Shown: positions 1-10,037, numbered from the stretch's first letter. The stretch is 51,224 nucleotides of DNA from Bacteroidetes bacterium HGW-Bacteroidetes-13 (GCA_002841025.1 PHDQ01000001.1:1-51224); one strand, 5' to 3'. Notes: a model not told the origin generated them from the sequence alone. Program-made: numbers and translations.

Positions 1-329
1 TCAATCAGCGGGATATTTAAAGCCATCGAAAGCGATTTTGCAAACGACATTCCGACCAACAAAGAGCCTAAGAGTCCGGGACCTTTGGTGAAAGCAATCG
101 CATTTATGTTTTCCAACGAGATGCCGGCCTTGTTTAAAGCTTGGTGAACAACCGGAACTATGTTCTGTTGATGTGCCCTTGAAGCAAGTTCCGGAACCAC
201 GCCACCAAAGGCTTCGTGTACTTTTTGTCCGGCGATGACGTTAGAGAGTACGGCACTGTTTTTGAGCACTGCTGCGGCGGTGTCATCACAGGAAGATTCA
301 ATGGCGAGAATGTAAACGGGGTTTACCAT
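1..329 (-). CDS. tsaD: tRNA N6-adenosine threonylcarbamoyltransferase TsaD, N-terminal ~109 codons (gene continues past the left edge)
   Basis: Reverse-strand reading from the ATG at 327-329 gives [24 protein letters not shown]...[14 protein letters not shown], the canonical TsaD/Gcp N-terminus. It is missing from the ORF track only because its stop lies outside the window. Confidence 0.9.
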   Translation of the reverse strand, partial: MVNPVYILAIESSCDDTAAAVLKNSAVLSNVIAGQKVHEAFGGVVPELASRAHQQNIVPVVHQALNKAGISLENINAIAFTKGPGLLGSLLVGMSFAKSLSMALNIPLI

Positions 330-349
330 CAAAAGGGATTAAAAATTGT

Positions 350-357
350 TACTTTTG
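350..357 (+). promoter_or_regulatory. Candidate Bacteroidota sigma-A -7 box (TAnnTTTG) upstream of the tamB-like gene
   Basis: TACTTTTG sits about 50 nt upstream of the TTG start at 407. No clear -33 TTG was seen. Confidence 0.3.
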
Positions 358-406
358 TGTATGCAAAAATAGAACATTAAGCGCTATCAAAAAATTTAAA
401 AAAATA

Positions 407-3400
407 TTGCTCCGCACGCTGATTGGCTTGTTGCTGTTGATGATCATCAGCAGCATTGTCCTTTCTATTCCCGCAGTTCAAACGTATATCGCCAAAAAGG
501 TAACAACATCGGTAAACGAAAAATACGGAACCAACATCAAGATAGAAAAAGTAGATCTTTCGTTTCTGGGCTCCATCGCGCTTAAGGAAGTTTATATTGA
601 AGACTACCAAAAGGACACGCTGATCTATGTGAAAAAGTTAAACACTTCGTTGCGCAGTGCGGCCAGATTGATGCGGGGCGAGTTTCTTTTTGGAAAAGTC
701 ACCCTTGAGGATTTTGTTTTTAACATGCGAATCTACAAAGACAATTCGCTTTCCAATCTGGACGTATTTGTAGAAAAATTAGATTCCGGACCCACCAATC
801 CTTCCGACAAACCTTTTTATATGAGCATGCGTTCAGTCAATTTGAAAAGGGGCATCTATCGATTTTATGATGACAATTTGGAAAGTCCTGAGATGGTCAA
901 TATAAAATCTTTAAATGCAAAATTGACAGATTTTGTCATCGAAGGACCGGAAGTCTTGACCAATATAGAAAAACTTTCTTTCGACGGTTTTTACGGATTG
1001 CAGGTAGAAAATATGAAAGGCGCATTTTCCTATCTCAGGGATCAAATTCGCATGGACGGAATGGAGTTGGTTACTGCAAATTCGAGTTTGACCGGCGATC
1101 TTTCGCTTCATTATCAAAATGGCTCACTGTCAGACTTTAACAATCGTGTTCGTTGGGATTTTAAAATAGCAGATTCCGATATTTCGATGAAGGATATCAA
1201 TTTGTATTATCCCGAGTTTGGCGATAATTTCAGGGCAAAACTATCGACTCATCTCAAGGGTGTTTTAAATGATTTCGTACTTTCTGACACCAAACTCAGG
1301 AGCAATTTTAATTCGACCATAGAGGGAGAAATTCGATTGAGACACATTTTTGACGAAAGTATTTTCCAAATGAACGGCGATTTTGAGGAGCTTTCAACCA
1401 ACTATTTCGAACTGAAAACCTTGCTTCCGAATTTGTTGGGGAACGATTTGCCGGAATCTACACAAAAATTGGGACAGGTATATTTATACGGGCCGGTGAA
1501 CTTGATTGGAAACGACATCGACTTCAACGTTGAACTCCAGTCAGCTTTGGGCGAATTATTGTTAGATGCCAAAATGATTGGCATAAATAACACACAGACA
1601 ACAACTTACAATGGAACCTTGTCTTCAGATAAGTTTGATGTCGGCAGATTAATTGACAATCAAAAACTTGGAAAGGCGACGATGAATTTGACTTTTGACG
1701 GGCAAGGATTTACAGTGAGTGAACTTTCGGTTGAGGTTTTTGGAAAGGTCAACTCGCTGAATTACAACAACTATGATTTTAAAAACATCAGTCTGAACGG
1801 TACTTTCAACAAAAGTGTTTTTAATGGGAAGATGAAAATCGAGGACATCAATTTAAGGGCTACCTTTGATGGACTGGCAGACCTTTCTAAAAAGAATAAA
1901 AATTATAATTTCAACGCCAATATTGAATTTGCCAATCTGTACGACACACATTTGTATGAAGGAGATAAAATTTCTGTTTTTACAGGAAATATTTCAGCCA
2001 ATTTTCAGGGGACGAACATAGATGATTTTGTAGGCGATGTTCACTTTAGAAACACAACCTACGGCAACGTCAAAGATCAATATTATTTCAAAGACTTTTC
2101 GATTAATTCCAGTTTTGACAAAGATGTTCATTTCTTGAGAATCAATTCAAAAGACATCGTGGAAGGAGAACTTGCCGGTAAATTCAGCCTCAGTCAATTG
2201 CCAAATTTGGTTGAAAACGCATTGGGCAGTTTTTACACCAATTATAAACCCATAAAAGTCAATGCCAACCAATATGTAGATTTCAATTTTACGGTCTATA
2301 ACAAATTAGTTGATGCTTTTTTCCCCGGCATATTTTTAGGAAGAGATACCTACATAAAAGGCAAATTAATTGGCAATCAAAATGATTTTAAATTCACTTT
2401 TAATTCATCACAGGTAAACATATATGATTTTCAGGTGGAAGGATTAAAACTACAATTTGACAACAAAAATCCGCTTTACAACGCCTATGTTCAGGCAAAA
2501 AAAATAAACAACAAAGATTACGCCATCAAAGATTTTAATTTGGTCAACATCAACGCCAGAGATACGCTGTTTTTTAAAACTGAATTTTCGGGTGGTAAAG
2601 AATACCACGACCGTTTTGATTTGAATTTATACCACACCATCAACAAAAACAATCGATCGGTAGTAGGTTTTAAAAACTCAAACATCACTTTCAAAGGAAA
2701 TACTTGGAACATCAACAAAGAAAACAACAATTTGAATTATGTGGTGTTCAATGAAAGCTATAATAATTTTCGAATTCAGCAAATTATCTTAAAGCACAAC
2801 AAAGAAGAAATATCCTTGAGCGGTTCAGCAAGGGATACGAGTTATAAAGACATCAAAGTTGGATTTAAAGACGTTCATTTAGGCAATATCACACCCGAAA
2901 TCGATAGTTTGAAACTGGATGGATTGGTCAACGGAAGTATTTTGTTGTTGCAAAGTGACAACGAATATTTCCCTACATCTTATTTAAAAATTGATGATTT
3001 TGAAGTGAATAAGAATATATTAGGCGCATTAAAAATCAATATTTTAGCCAATGATAATTTGTCTAATTTCGATGTGGATGCCTCGCTGAAAAATGAAAAA
3101 TTCGAATCGTTTGCCGCTTCAGGAAAAGTCTATTATGCGGATCAAAATCCGACGGTGAATATGGATGTCAGTCTCAACAAATTGGATATATCTGCCTTGT
3201 CGCCCTTTGGTGAAACGGTTTTTGACCGACTCAGAGGACAGGTGAGCGGAAACGCACAATTGACAGGACGACTGAAAAGCCCCGAAATAAACGGATTGCT
3301 AACGGTAGAAAAAGCGGGGATGAATTTTCCTTATTTGAAGGTGGATTTAGATTTCCCGAACCAAGGAAGAATAGTGTTAGACAAAAATCGATTTGTCATA

Positions 3401-4819
3401 GACAATTGGAAGGTAACAGACGCAAAATATAAAACCAATTCTACCTTGAATGGCAGTATTTCTCATCTAAATTATTCCGATTGGCGCATGGATTTGAAGC
3501 TCAACACCAATCGATTTTTGGTGCTCGACACCAAAGAAGAAATCGAATCGCTCTACTACGGAACCGGATTTATAAGTGGAATCGCAAGCCTTCGCGGGCC
3601 GTTTGACGATTTGGTAATCGATGTCAATGCAAAAACCGAAAAAGGAACCAACTTCTATATTCCCATCAGCGATGCAGCCTCCGTAGGAGACAATTCTTTC
3701 ATGCGGTTTATCACACCGGAAGAGAAGGAAAAACGAAAAAATGGGCTTACAAACACCTTCGAGGAATTGAAGGGGCTGTCTGTCAATTTTGATTTAGATG
3801 TGACTCCGGATGCAGAAATTGAAATCATGGTTGACAAAGAAAACCAAAGTACATTAAGGGGGAAAGGCGTAGGTAACTTGTTGATTGAATTGGACACCAA
3901 CGGAAAATTCAACATGTGGGGTGACTTTATTACCTACAGTGGTATTTACAATTTCAAATACAAAAGACTTATCAACAAAAAATTTGTGGTTCAACAAGGC
4001 GGAACCATTACTTGGGACGGTGATCCGCTTCAAGCGCAAATAAACATAAAAGCGGTTTACAAAACGGAAGCCAATCCTGCATTGTTACTCGAGTCGCAAG
4101 TTGCCTCAAGAAAGATAGCCACTGAAGTTTATATCAATCTCAACGGAGTTTTGACACAACCAGATCTCGATTTTAACATCGAATTTCCCAATGCCAATTC
4201 GCAGATAAAATCAGAGCTTCAATTCAAATTAGATGACAAAGAAGTGAGAAATAGGCAAGCCATTTCTGTGATTTCAACCGGAGCTTTTATGAATGTCAAC
4301 AATGCGATTGGGCAACAAATCATCAGCGGAAACTTAGTGTCCGAAAGTGTATCGAGCTTGGTGAACGATTTGTTTCAAGACGACAACAGCAAGTTTAATG
4401 TAGGCTTAGATTATGTGCAGGCAGACAGCAACCCCGAATTTCAGACGCAGGGTAGGGTTGGGGTCACTTTTCAAACCCAAATCAACGATCGAATACTGAT
4501 AAACGGAAAAGTGGGCGTGCCCACAGGTGGCGTTTCCCAATCGGTAGTTGTTGGTGATGTTCAGGTAGAACTGTTGTTAAACGAAGACGGAACGCTTCGT
4601 GCGCAAGTTTTTAACCGTCAGAACCAGATACAATATATCGGCGAACAAGAAGGCTATACGCAAGGTGTTGGAATATCATATCAAGTAGATTTTGATAATT
4701 TTAAGGAGTTATTGAAGAAAATTTTCAAAGAAAATAAAAAGAAAAAAGACGCGGCTCTAAAACCCAAAACAGATAAGGTATTGCCTGAGTTTATTGAATT
4801 TAAAAAATCAAATGATTAA
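407..4819 (+). CDS. tamB: Translocation and assembly module TamB-like protein (DUF490 family)
   Basis: 1470-aa ORF with a single N-terminal membrane anchor (LIGLLLLMIISSIVLSIP), a long N/D/K/S-rich beta-type body and a conserved C-terminal block. It is divergent from tsaD, as is usual in Bacteroidota. The start is a TTG and the frame stays open upstream (..KKFKKY), so the exact start is uncertain. Confidence 0.8.
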   Translation: MLRTLIGLLLLMIISSIVLSIPAVQTYIAKKVTTSVNEKYGTNIKIEKVDLSFLGSIALKEVYIEDYQKDTLIYVKKLNTSLRSAARLMRGEFLFGKVTLEDFVFNMRIYKDNSLSNLDVFVEKLDSGPTNPSDKPFYMSMRSVNLKRGIYRFYDDNLESPEMVNIKSLNAKLTDFVIEGPEVLTNIEKLSFDGFYGLQVENMKGAFSYLRDQIRMDGMELVTANSSLTGDLSLHYQNGSLSDFNNRVRWDFKIADSDISMKDINLYYPEFGDNFRAKLSTHLKGVLNDFVLSDTKLRSNFNSTIEGEIRLRHIFDESIFQMNGDFEELSTNYFELKTLLPNLLGNDLPESTQKLGQVYLYGPVNLIGNDIDFNVELQSALGELLLDAKMIGINNTQTTTYNGTLSSDKFDVGRLIDNQKLGKATMNLTFDGQGFTVSELSVEVFGKVNSLNYNNYDFKNISLNGTFNKSVFNGKMKIEDINLRATFDGLADLSKKNKNYNFNANIEFANLYDTHLYEGDKISVFTGNISANFQGTNIDDFVGDVHFRNTTYGNVKDQYYFKDFSINSSFDKDVHFLRINSKDIVEGELAGKFSLSQLPNLVENALGSFYTNYKPIKVNANQYVDFNFTVYNKLVDAFFPGIFLGRDTYIKGKLIGNQNDFKFTFNSSQVNIYDFQVEGLKLQFDNKNPLYNAYVQAKKINNKDYAIKDFNLVNINARDTLFFKTEFSGGKEYHDRFDLNLYHTINKNNRSVVGFKNSNITFKGNTWNINKENNNLNYVVFNESYNNFRIQQIILKHNKEEISLSGSARDTSYKDIKVGFKDVHLGNITPEIDSLKLDGLVNGSILLLQSDNEYFPTSYLKIDDFEVNKNILGALKINILANDNLSNFDVDASLKNEKFESFAASGKVYYADQNPTVNMDVSLNKLDISALSPFGETVFDRLRGQVSGNAQLTGRLKSPEINGLLTVEKAGMNFPYLKVDLDFPNQGRIVLDKNRFVIDNWKVTDAKYKTNSTLNGSISHLNYSDWRMDLKLNTNRFLVLDTKEEIESLYYGTGFISGIASLRGPFDDLVIDVNAKTEKGTNFYIPISDAASVGDNSFMRFITPEEKEKRKNGLTNTFEELKGLSVNFDLDVTPDAEIEIMVDKENQSTLRGKGVGNLLIELDTNGKFNMWGDFITYSGIYNFKYKRLINKKFVVQQGGTITWDGDPLQAQINIKAVYKTEANPALLLESQVASRKIATEVYINLNGVLTQPDLDFNIEFPNANSQIKSELQFKLDDKEVRNRQAISVISTGAFMNVNNAIGQQIISGNLVSESVSSLVNDLFQDDNSKFNVGLDYVQADSNPEFQTQGRVGVTFQTQINDRILINGKVGVPTGGVSQSVVVGDVQVELLLNEDGTLRAQVFNRQNQIQYIGEQEGYTQGVGISYQVDFDNFKELLKKIFKENKKKKDAALKPKTDKVLPEFIEFKKSND

Positions 4820-4902
4820 AAAGGATTTAAAAAATCATTTTTAGTTGTAACATTATTGTATTTATATTTACATATTATAACAAAAACAAAAAATTATTAA
4901 AC

Positions 4903-5670
4903 ATGAAAACATTCAAAACACTATTTATCGGTCTATTTCTTATTGTTTCAGCTTCAACATTCGCGCAAACTGCCGATGAAATTATTTCAAATTATTTTGA
5001 AAATACCGGAGGTTTAGAAAAATGGCAAAACCTGAAAGGAATCAAGATGAGCGCGAAAATAAATCAAGGCGGCATGGAAATTCCGTTAGAAATAATCCAA
5101 TTAACAGGAGGTAAACAAATGACCGTAATTACTTTTCAAGGAAAGGAAATAAAGCAAGGAGTTTTTGACGGGACAACCCTTTGGAGCACCAATTTTATGA
5201 CCCAAAAAGCCGAAAAAAGCGATCAAGAATCAACAGACAACCTAAAACTTGATGCCAATGATTTTCCCGATTCATTTTTAGGATATAAAGAAAAAGGCTA
5301 CACGGTAGAATTGGTGGGAAAAGAAACCATCGACGGTGCTGAAACGTTTAAAGTAAAATTGGTAAAAGAACCCATTACAATAGACGGAAAAAAAGAAGAC
5401 AACGTCACCTACTATTTTTTTGACACCGAAAATTATGTGCCGATTGCCATTCAGTCCGAAATAAAATCCGGTCCAATGAAAGGCCAAACATCCGAAATAA
5501 AATTAAGCGACTATCAAGAAGTAGATGGTTTTTATTTTCCCTTCACAATGATTCAAGGACTCAAAGGGCAGGCAGGACAACCGTTAACACTTGATAAAAT
5601 AGAGTTGAATCCGACAATTGATAACGCTTTGTTTTTATTCCCGGAAGAAACATCGTCTTCAAAAAACTAA
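4903..5670 (+). CDS. Secreted protein, LolA-like / outer-membrane lipoprotein-sorting fold (tentative)
   Basis: 255-aa ORF with a cleavable signal peptide (MKTFKTLFIGLFLIVSASTFAQ). Its composition and length resemble LolA-like beta-half-barrel proteins. The family assignment comes from memory only. Confidence 0.55.
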   Translation: MKTFKTLFIGLFLIVSASTFAQTADEIISNYFENTGGLEKWQNLKGIKMSAKINQGGMEIPLEIIQLTGGKQMTVITFQGKEIKQGVFDGTTLWSTNFMTQKAEKSDQESTDNLKLDANDFPDSFLGYKEKGYTVELVGKETIDGAETFKVKLVKEPITIDGKKEDNVTYYFFDTENYVPIAIQSEIKSGPMKGQTSEIKLSDYQEVDGFYFPFTMIQGLKGQAGQPLTLDKIELNPTIDNALFLFPEETSSSKN

Positions 5671-5678
5671 ATTTATCC

Positions 5679-5710
5679 AAATCCCCAAAAACTAATTGGG
5701 GATTTTTTTT
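5679..5710 (+). terminator. Rho-independent terminator after the 4903-5670 gene
   Basis: 9-bp stem AAATCCCCA / TGGGGATTT (5679-5687 and 5697-5705) followed by a T-run to 5710. Confidence 0.75.
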
Positions 5711-5744
5711 GTTGATAAAATCGTACTAACTTAACAATAATCAG

Positions 5745-8700
5745 ATGAAAAACTATTTTTTACTGTTGGCTTGTTTTTTTGTTTTAAACAATTTTTCTTC
5801 TTTTGCTCAAAATACAAACACCATTGATGCGAAAGATTTATTTGGCGATCTTCGCGCCAGGCACATCGGTCCTGCATTGATGAGTGGAAGAATAAACGAT
5901 CTTGAAACACACCCCAAAAATTCACGCATCATATATGCAGGTGCGGCCGGCGGTGGTGTTTGGAAGTCTAACGACGCGGGCACAACTTTCAATCCTATTT
6001 TTGACAAATACGCCCAGTCAATCGGTGCGATTGCAATTGACCCAAATGATCCGGATAACACGGTTTATGTAGGTACCGGTGAGACTTGGACAAGAAACAG
6101 CGTTTCTATCGGAGATGGATTGTACAGGACAAAAGACGGGGGTAATTCATGGGAAAAATTAGGTTTTGACAAATCAGAACGCATCGCAAATATCATCATC
6201 AATCCCAACAACTCAAGCGAAATTTATGTAGCTGTACTCGGCGCACTTTGGTCAGACAGCGATGAAAGAGGAGTTTATAAATCGACTGACGGCGGTGTTT
6301 CTTGGACTAAAACTTTGTATGTAAACTCGAAAACGGGTTGTTCAGACTTGGTCATCGATCCAAAAAATCCAAACGTGCTCTACGCGTCCATGTGGGAATT
6401 CAGACGAACAGCTTGGTCTTTTGAATCGGGAGGAGAGCAAAGTGCATTATACAAATCCATCGATTCAGGAAAAACATGGAATAAGATACACAACGGCTTT
6501 CCAAATGGAAAATTGGGTCGTTTAGGCGTTGCAATCGCACCTTCTAATTCTAATATCTTATACACCGTTATCGAAGCAGAAGAAGACCTCAGAAAAGGTC
6601 TTTATAGAAGTGACGATGCAGGAGAAAGTTGGAAACAATTGAACAATGATTTCGAAATAACGGTCCGACCATTTTATTTTTCTAGAATTGTTGTAGATCC
6701 CAAAAATCCGGAAGTTGTCGTCAAAGGTGGACTGAGTGGGTCTATTTCGAGAGACGGCGGGAAGACATTTAAAAACCTTGGAAACATGCACAGTGACATT
6801 CACGACGTTGTGTTTGACATTCATGATTCAGACAGGATGTATGTTGCCACAGACGGTGGCGTTTATCGCTCGTGGAATGGTGGGACTACCATGGAAATCG
6901 TCGAAAATTTACCGGTATCGCAGTTTTACCAAATAAGCTTGGACGATGCAGAACCTTATAACATTTACGGCGGTCTGCAAGACAATGGCTCTTGGTACGG
7001 ACCTTCCTCATCTGAAGGCGGCATCAATGCAAAAGATTGGAATGCCATCGGTGGTGGAGACGGATTCAGGGTTTTAAAACATCCAACAAAGAACATCATT
7101 TATTCTGAAATGCAAGGAGCTGAAAACGTTTGGCGATATGATGTTGACAATAAATTAGTAAAAACTATTCAGCCATTGCCGTTGGAGGGATACGCCAAAT
7201 TGCGGTTCAATTGGAATGCGCCGATGGCTGTCAGCAATTTCAAACCAGACAGAATTTATATCGGAAGTCAATTTCTCCACAAATCGGATGACAAGGGAGA
7301 TACATGGAAAATAATTTCTCCAGATTTGACTACCAATGACAAAACAAAGCAAGAACAAGAAAACTCCGGCGGATTATCTATGGACAATTCGGGAGCCGAA
7401 AATCACACAACTATTTTTACGATTGCCGAATCTCCGTTGGATGAAAACATAGTTTGGGTAGGTACCGATGACGGAAATGTTCAAGTGACAACCGATGGCG
7501 GTAAAACGTGGACGAATACAGTTGCTAATATAGTCGGATTGCCTAAAAACACCTGGACTTACCACATCGAAGCAAGCTCACACGACAAATCTACCGCCTA
7601 TGCCGTTTTTGAAGGACATGCACATGGTGATATGAATCCTTACGTTTTCAAAACTAAAGACTTGGGGAAATCATGGACTAATATCATCACAGCAGAAGTA
7701 ACCGGTTTTGCCAGAAACATTCAAGAAGATTTCGTCAATCCTGATTTGCTTTTTCTGGGAACAGAATTCGGGTTATACATAACCTTAGATGGTGGAAAAA
7801 GCTGGAGTAAATTCACCAACAATATGCCATCTGTTGCGGTTCATTTTATTGATTTACATCCCAAAACAAATGATTTGGTTTTGGCGACACACGGACGCGG
7901 GGTGATTATTATCGATGACATTTCTCCTTTACGCGAAATTTCACCTGAGACACTCAATGAAACCTTGCACTTTTTTACATCCAAACCCAAAGTAATGGTT
8001 GATCAGAGCGGATTTTCAGACAGTTTTGGCAGTGAAACAGAATTCGTTGGAAACAATCCATCTACTTCAGCACAAATTAAATATCTCTTGCCGAAGCGAC
8101 ACACTTTTGGCAAAATGACCATGGAAATACAAGATTTAGAAGGCAATAAATTAACAACCATTGATCCCGGAAAATCTAAAGGAATCAACATTGTCAACTG
8201 GAATTTCACCATCAAACAACCGAAAGTCGCCAAAGGGAAAACCTTTAGTTTTGGTGGATTTACTTCTCCGCGTGTCAAAGAAGGAAAATACAAAGCTGTT
8301 ATCGTAAAAGGAAAAGATACTTTCGAACATGTATTTGAGGTGATTTATGACAAGCGTGCCGGATTGACCGAAACCGACAGAGCATTCAAATACAAAATAA
8401 CCATGAAAATGTATGACATGACTCAACAGTTGGCTTATTTAGTTTATGAATTGGATGCTACTCAGGAAGCTGTAAAAACAAATAAAAAACTATATGCCTC
8501 ATTTGAAAATCTCAAAAAAACTTTGGTGGTGACAACCGGAGACAATTATGTCGGCTCGGCTGAACCCCAATTGAGAGAAAAAATGTCTGATTTGTACAGC
8601 AAAATCGCAAATAGTTATGACAAACCTTCCAATGCCGAATTAGATTATCTGAAGCTGATTGAAAACCGTTTTGAAAAAGCCAAGACTGACTTTGAAAAAC

Positions 8701-8762
8701 TTAAAGAAAAAGCCAAGGTCAAAATTCCGCTCAAAACTTTTGACGATTTCGTCAATGAATAA
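5745..8762 (+). CDS. BNR/Asp-box repeat, sortilin (VPS10)-like beta-propeller protein, secreted
   Basis: 1005-aa ORF with a signal peptide. It has about 10 Asp-box motifs of the SxDxGxTW type (SNDAGTTF, TKDGGNSW, STDGGVSW, SIDSGKTW, SDDAGESW, SRDGGKTF, SDDKGDTW, TTDGGKTW, TKDLGKSW, TLDGGKSW). Confidence 0.8.
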   Translation: MKNYFLLLACFFVLNNFSSFAQNTNTIDAKDLFGDLRARHIGPALMSGRINDLETHPKNSRIIYAGAAGGGVWKSNDAGTTFNPIFDKYAQSIGAIAIDPNDPDNTVYVGTGETWTRNSVSIGDGLYRTKDGGNSWEKLGFDKSERIANIIINPNNSSEIYVAVLGALWSDSDERGVYKSTDGGVSWTKTLYVNSKTGCSDLVIDPKNPNVLYASMWEFRRTAWSFESGGEQSALYKSIDSGKTWNKIHNGFPNGKLGRLGVAIAPSNSNILYTVIEAEEDLRKGLYRSDDAGESWKQLNNDFEITVRPFYFSRIVVDPKNPEVVVKGGLSGSISRDGGKTFKNLGNMHSDIHDVVFDIHDSDRMYVATDGGVYRSWNGGTTMEIVENLPVSQFYQISLDDAEPYNIYGGLQDNGSWYGPSSSEGGINAKDWNAIGGGDGFRVLKHPTKNIIYSEMQGAENVWRYDVDNKLVKTIQPLPLEGYAKLRFNWNAPMAVSNFKPDRIYIGSQFLHKSDDKGDTWKIISPDLTTNDKTKQEQENSGGLSMDNSGAENHTTIFTIAESPLDENIVWVGTDDGNVQVTTDGGKTWTNTVANIVGLPKNTWTYHIEASSHDKSTAYAVFEGHAHGDMNPYVFKTKDLGKSWTNIITAEVTGFARNIQEDFVNPDLLFLGTEFGLYITLDGGKSWSKFTNNMPSVAVHFIDLHPKTNDLVLATHGRGVIIIDDISPLREISPETLNETLHFFTSKPKVMVDQSGFSDSFGSETEFVGNNPSTSAQIKYLLPKRHTFGKMTMEIQDLEGNKLTTIDPGKSKGINIVNWNFTIKQPKVAKGKTFSFGGFTSPRVKEGKYKAVIVKGKDTFEHVFEVIYDKRAGLTETDRAFKYKITMKMYDMTQQLAYLVYELDATQEAVKTNKKLYASFENLKKTLVVTTGDNYVGSAEPQLREKMSDLYSKIANSYDKPSNAELDYLKLIENRFEKAKTDFEKLKEKAKVKIPLKTFDDFVNE

Positions 8763-8766
8763 TTAG

Positions 8767-8805
8767 AAAAAAGGTCGCGGTAAAAAGCGACCTTTTTTAT
8801 TTTTC
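8767..8805 (+). terminator. Rho-independent terminator after the BNR gene
   Basis: AAAAAAGGTCGC / GCGACCTTTTTT stem (8767-8778 and 8787-8798) with a trailing T-run. Confidence 0.8.
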
Positions 8806-8906
8806 AACATCAATAATCCAGCTTTTTTTACGTATATTTGCCAAAAGCATACATTTTTATTTTTCTCAGAAAATCCTACATTTTCCCAAGCTGTTAGTAC
8901 TTCATT

Positions 8907-8914
8907 TACTTTTG
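8907..8914 (+). promoter_or_regulatory. Candidate -7 box (TACTTTTG) for the cold-shock-domain gene
   Basis: It matches TAnnTTTG about 88 nt upstream of the ATG at 9002. A second match, TATATTTG at 8833-8840, lies about 160 nt upstream. Either one implies a long 5' UTR. Confidence 0.3.
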
Positions 8915-9001
8915 AGCGAATTCCAAATGTTTACTTCAATTATTAGGTGATAGGCTATTCAATTTGAGTAGTTTAGTTAAATTTAAAATCTTAAAATCCG
9001 C

Positions 9002-9460
9002 ATGGCTAAATCGCAGCAAAGTTTTGGTAAAAAAGAAAAAGAAAAACTACGCATAAAAAAGCGTCAGGATAAAGAATTGCGAAAAATTGACCGAAAGGCC
9101 AATGCCAAAGGTGGTGGTTTTGAAAACATGATAGCCTATGTTGATGAATACGGACAAATCACTGACACACCACCAGATCCTTCCAAAAAAATTATAGTGG
9201 ATGTTGAAAGCATCGAAATTGGTGTTCCAAAAAGAGCCAAAGAAGAAGAAGTTGACCCGGTCAAAAAAGGAAAAATTGACTATTTCAATGATTCTAAGGG
9301 CTTTGGTTTTATCAAGGAAAACGGTACCCAAGAAAAATACTTTGTACACGCAAGCGGTATGATTGACGACCTCAAAGAAGGAGAGGCCGTTTCTTTTGAG
9401 TTAGAGAGGGGTATGAAAGGTATGAATGCTGTTCGTGTGAAACGCATAACCACCGGTTAA
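9002..9460 (+). CDS. Cold-shock-domain protein with an ~85-aa lysine-rich N-terminal extension
   Basis: The C-terminal ~65 aa (GKIDYFNDSKGFGFIKENGTQEKYFVHASG...VSFELERGMKGMNAVRV) carries the RNP1-like KGFGFI and VFVH-like CSD motifs. The N-terminus is K/E-rich and low in complexity. Confidence 0.85.
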   Translation: MAKSQQSFGKKEKEKLRIKKRQDKELRKIDRKANAKGGGFENMIAYVDEYGQITDTPPDPSKKIIVDVESIEIGVPKRAKEEEVDPVKKGKIDYFNDSKGFGFIKENGTQEKYFVHASGMIDDLKEGEAVSFELERGMKGMNAVRVKRITTG

Positions 9461-9476
9461 TTTCACTTCCTAAAGT

Positions 9477-9857
9477 CTAACAAATCGTATTGTTTTTTCT
9501 CAAAAAGCTTTCTAATTGGTCGGCAGTTTGCAGACATTTACTGACTTTTTTCGTTTCGCTGCAAGACCTTCCATTTAATTCATGGTGTGACCTGCATTCA
9601 AAGGCAGAAATATCTAATTTTTCAAAGTTTTTATCAATTGCCCTGCATTGTTCATACAATTCGTTAATCGTTGATTTGCTATTGGGAACAACGGCATTAT
9701 GCAATAAAAATCCAATTAGAAAATTTTCAATGGCAAATTGGGCGTTTTTACAAACCATAAAAGAGACTACATCTTCTTCCGGTCTGCAAAGTTCTTCATT
9801 TGCTTCGATCAGTTTTTCAATGGCTTTGTCAAATAATTGATTGGCTTTGGCTTTCAT
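9477..9857 (-). CDS. Hypothetical helical protein, HEPN-like (tentative)
   Basis: 126-aa ORF with charged, helical composition (..NAQFAIENFLIGFLLHN..). The overlapping plus-strand ORF 9490-9840 is S/L-rich antisense noise. No clear Rx4-6H motif and no adjacent nucleotidyltransferase partner were seen. Confidence 0.4.
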   Translation of the reverse strand: MKAKANQLFDKAIEKLIEANEELCRPEEDVVSFMVCKNAQFAIENFLIGFLLHNAVVPNSKSTINELYEQCRAIDKNFEKLDISAFECRSHHELNGRSCSETKKVSKCLQTADQLESFLRKNNTIC

Positions 9858-9896
9858 TTGTTTTGTTTTTTAACGTGAAAAATATACTGTTTATTA

Positions 9897-9904
9897 CAAA
9901 TTTA
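9897..9904 (-). promoter_or_regulatory. Candidate -7 box for the HEPN-like ORF
   Basis: Plus-strand CAAATTTA equals minus-strand TAAATTTG (TAnnTTTG), about 40 nt upstream of the start at 9857. Confidence 0.25.
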
Positions 9905-9942
9905 TCTTGATAGTCAAGACATTGATGTTATCAATAGAACTT

Positions 9943-9984
9943 GGATAACACAGATCTTGACTGGTTGATTGATCTGTGTTATCC
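9943..9984 (-). terminator. Perfect 14-bp inverted repeat hairpin downstream of PFOR
   Basis: GGATAACACAGATC (9943-9956) and GATCTGTGTTATCC (9971-9984) are separated by a 14-nt loop. A second 7-bp hairpin CTTGAAC/GTTCAAG lies at 9988-10013. There is no clean U-tract. Confidence 0.35.
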
Positions 9985-10037
9985 GGGCTTGAACACTTTG
10001 AATAAAGTTCAAGAAAGTTCCATCTTTTTTATACAAA

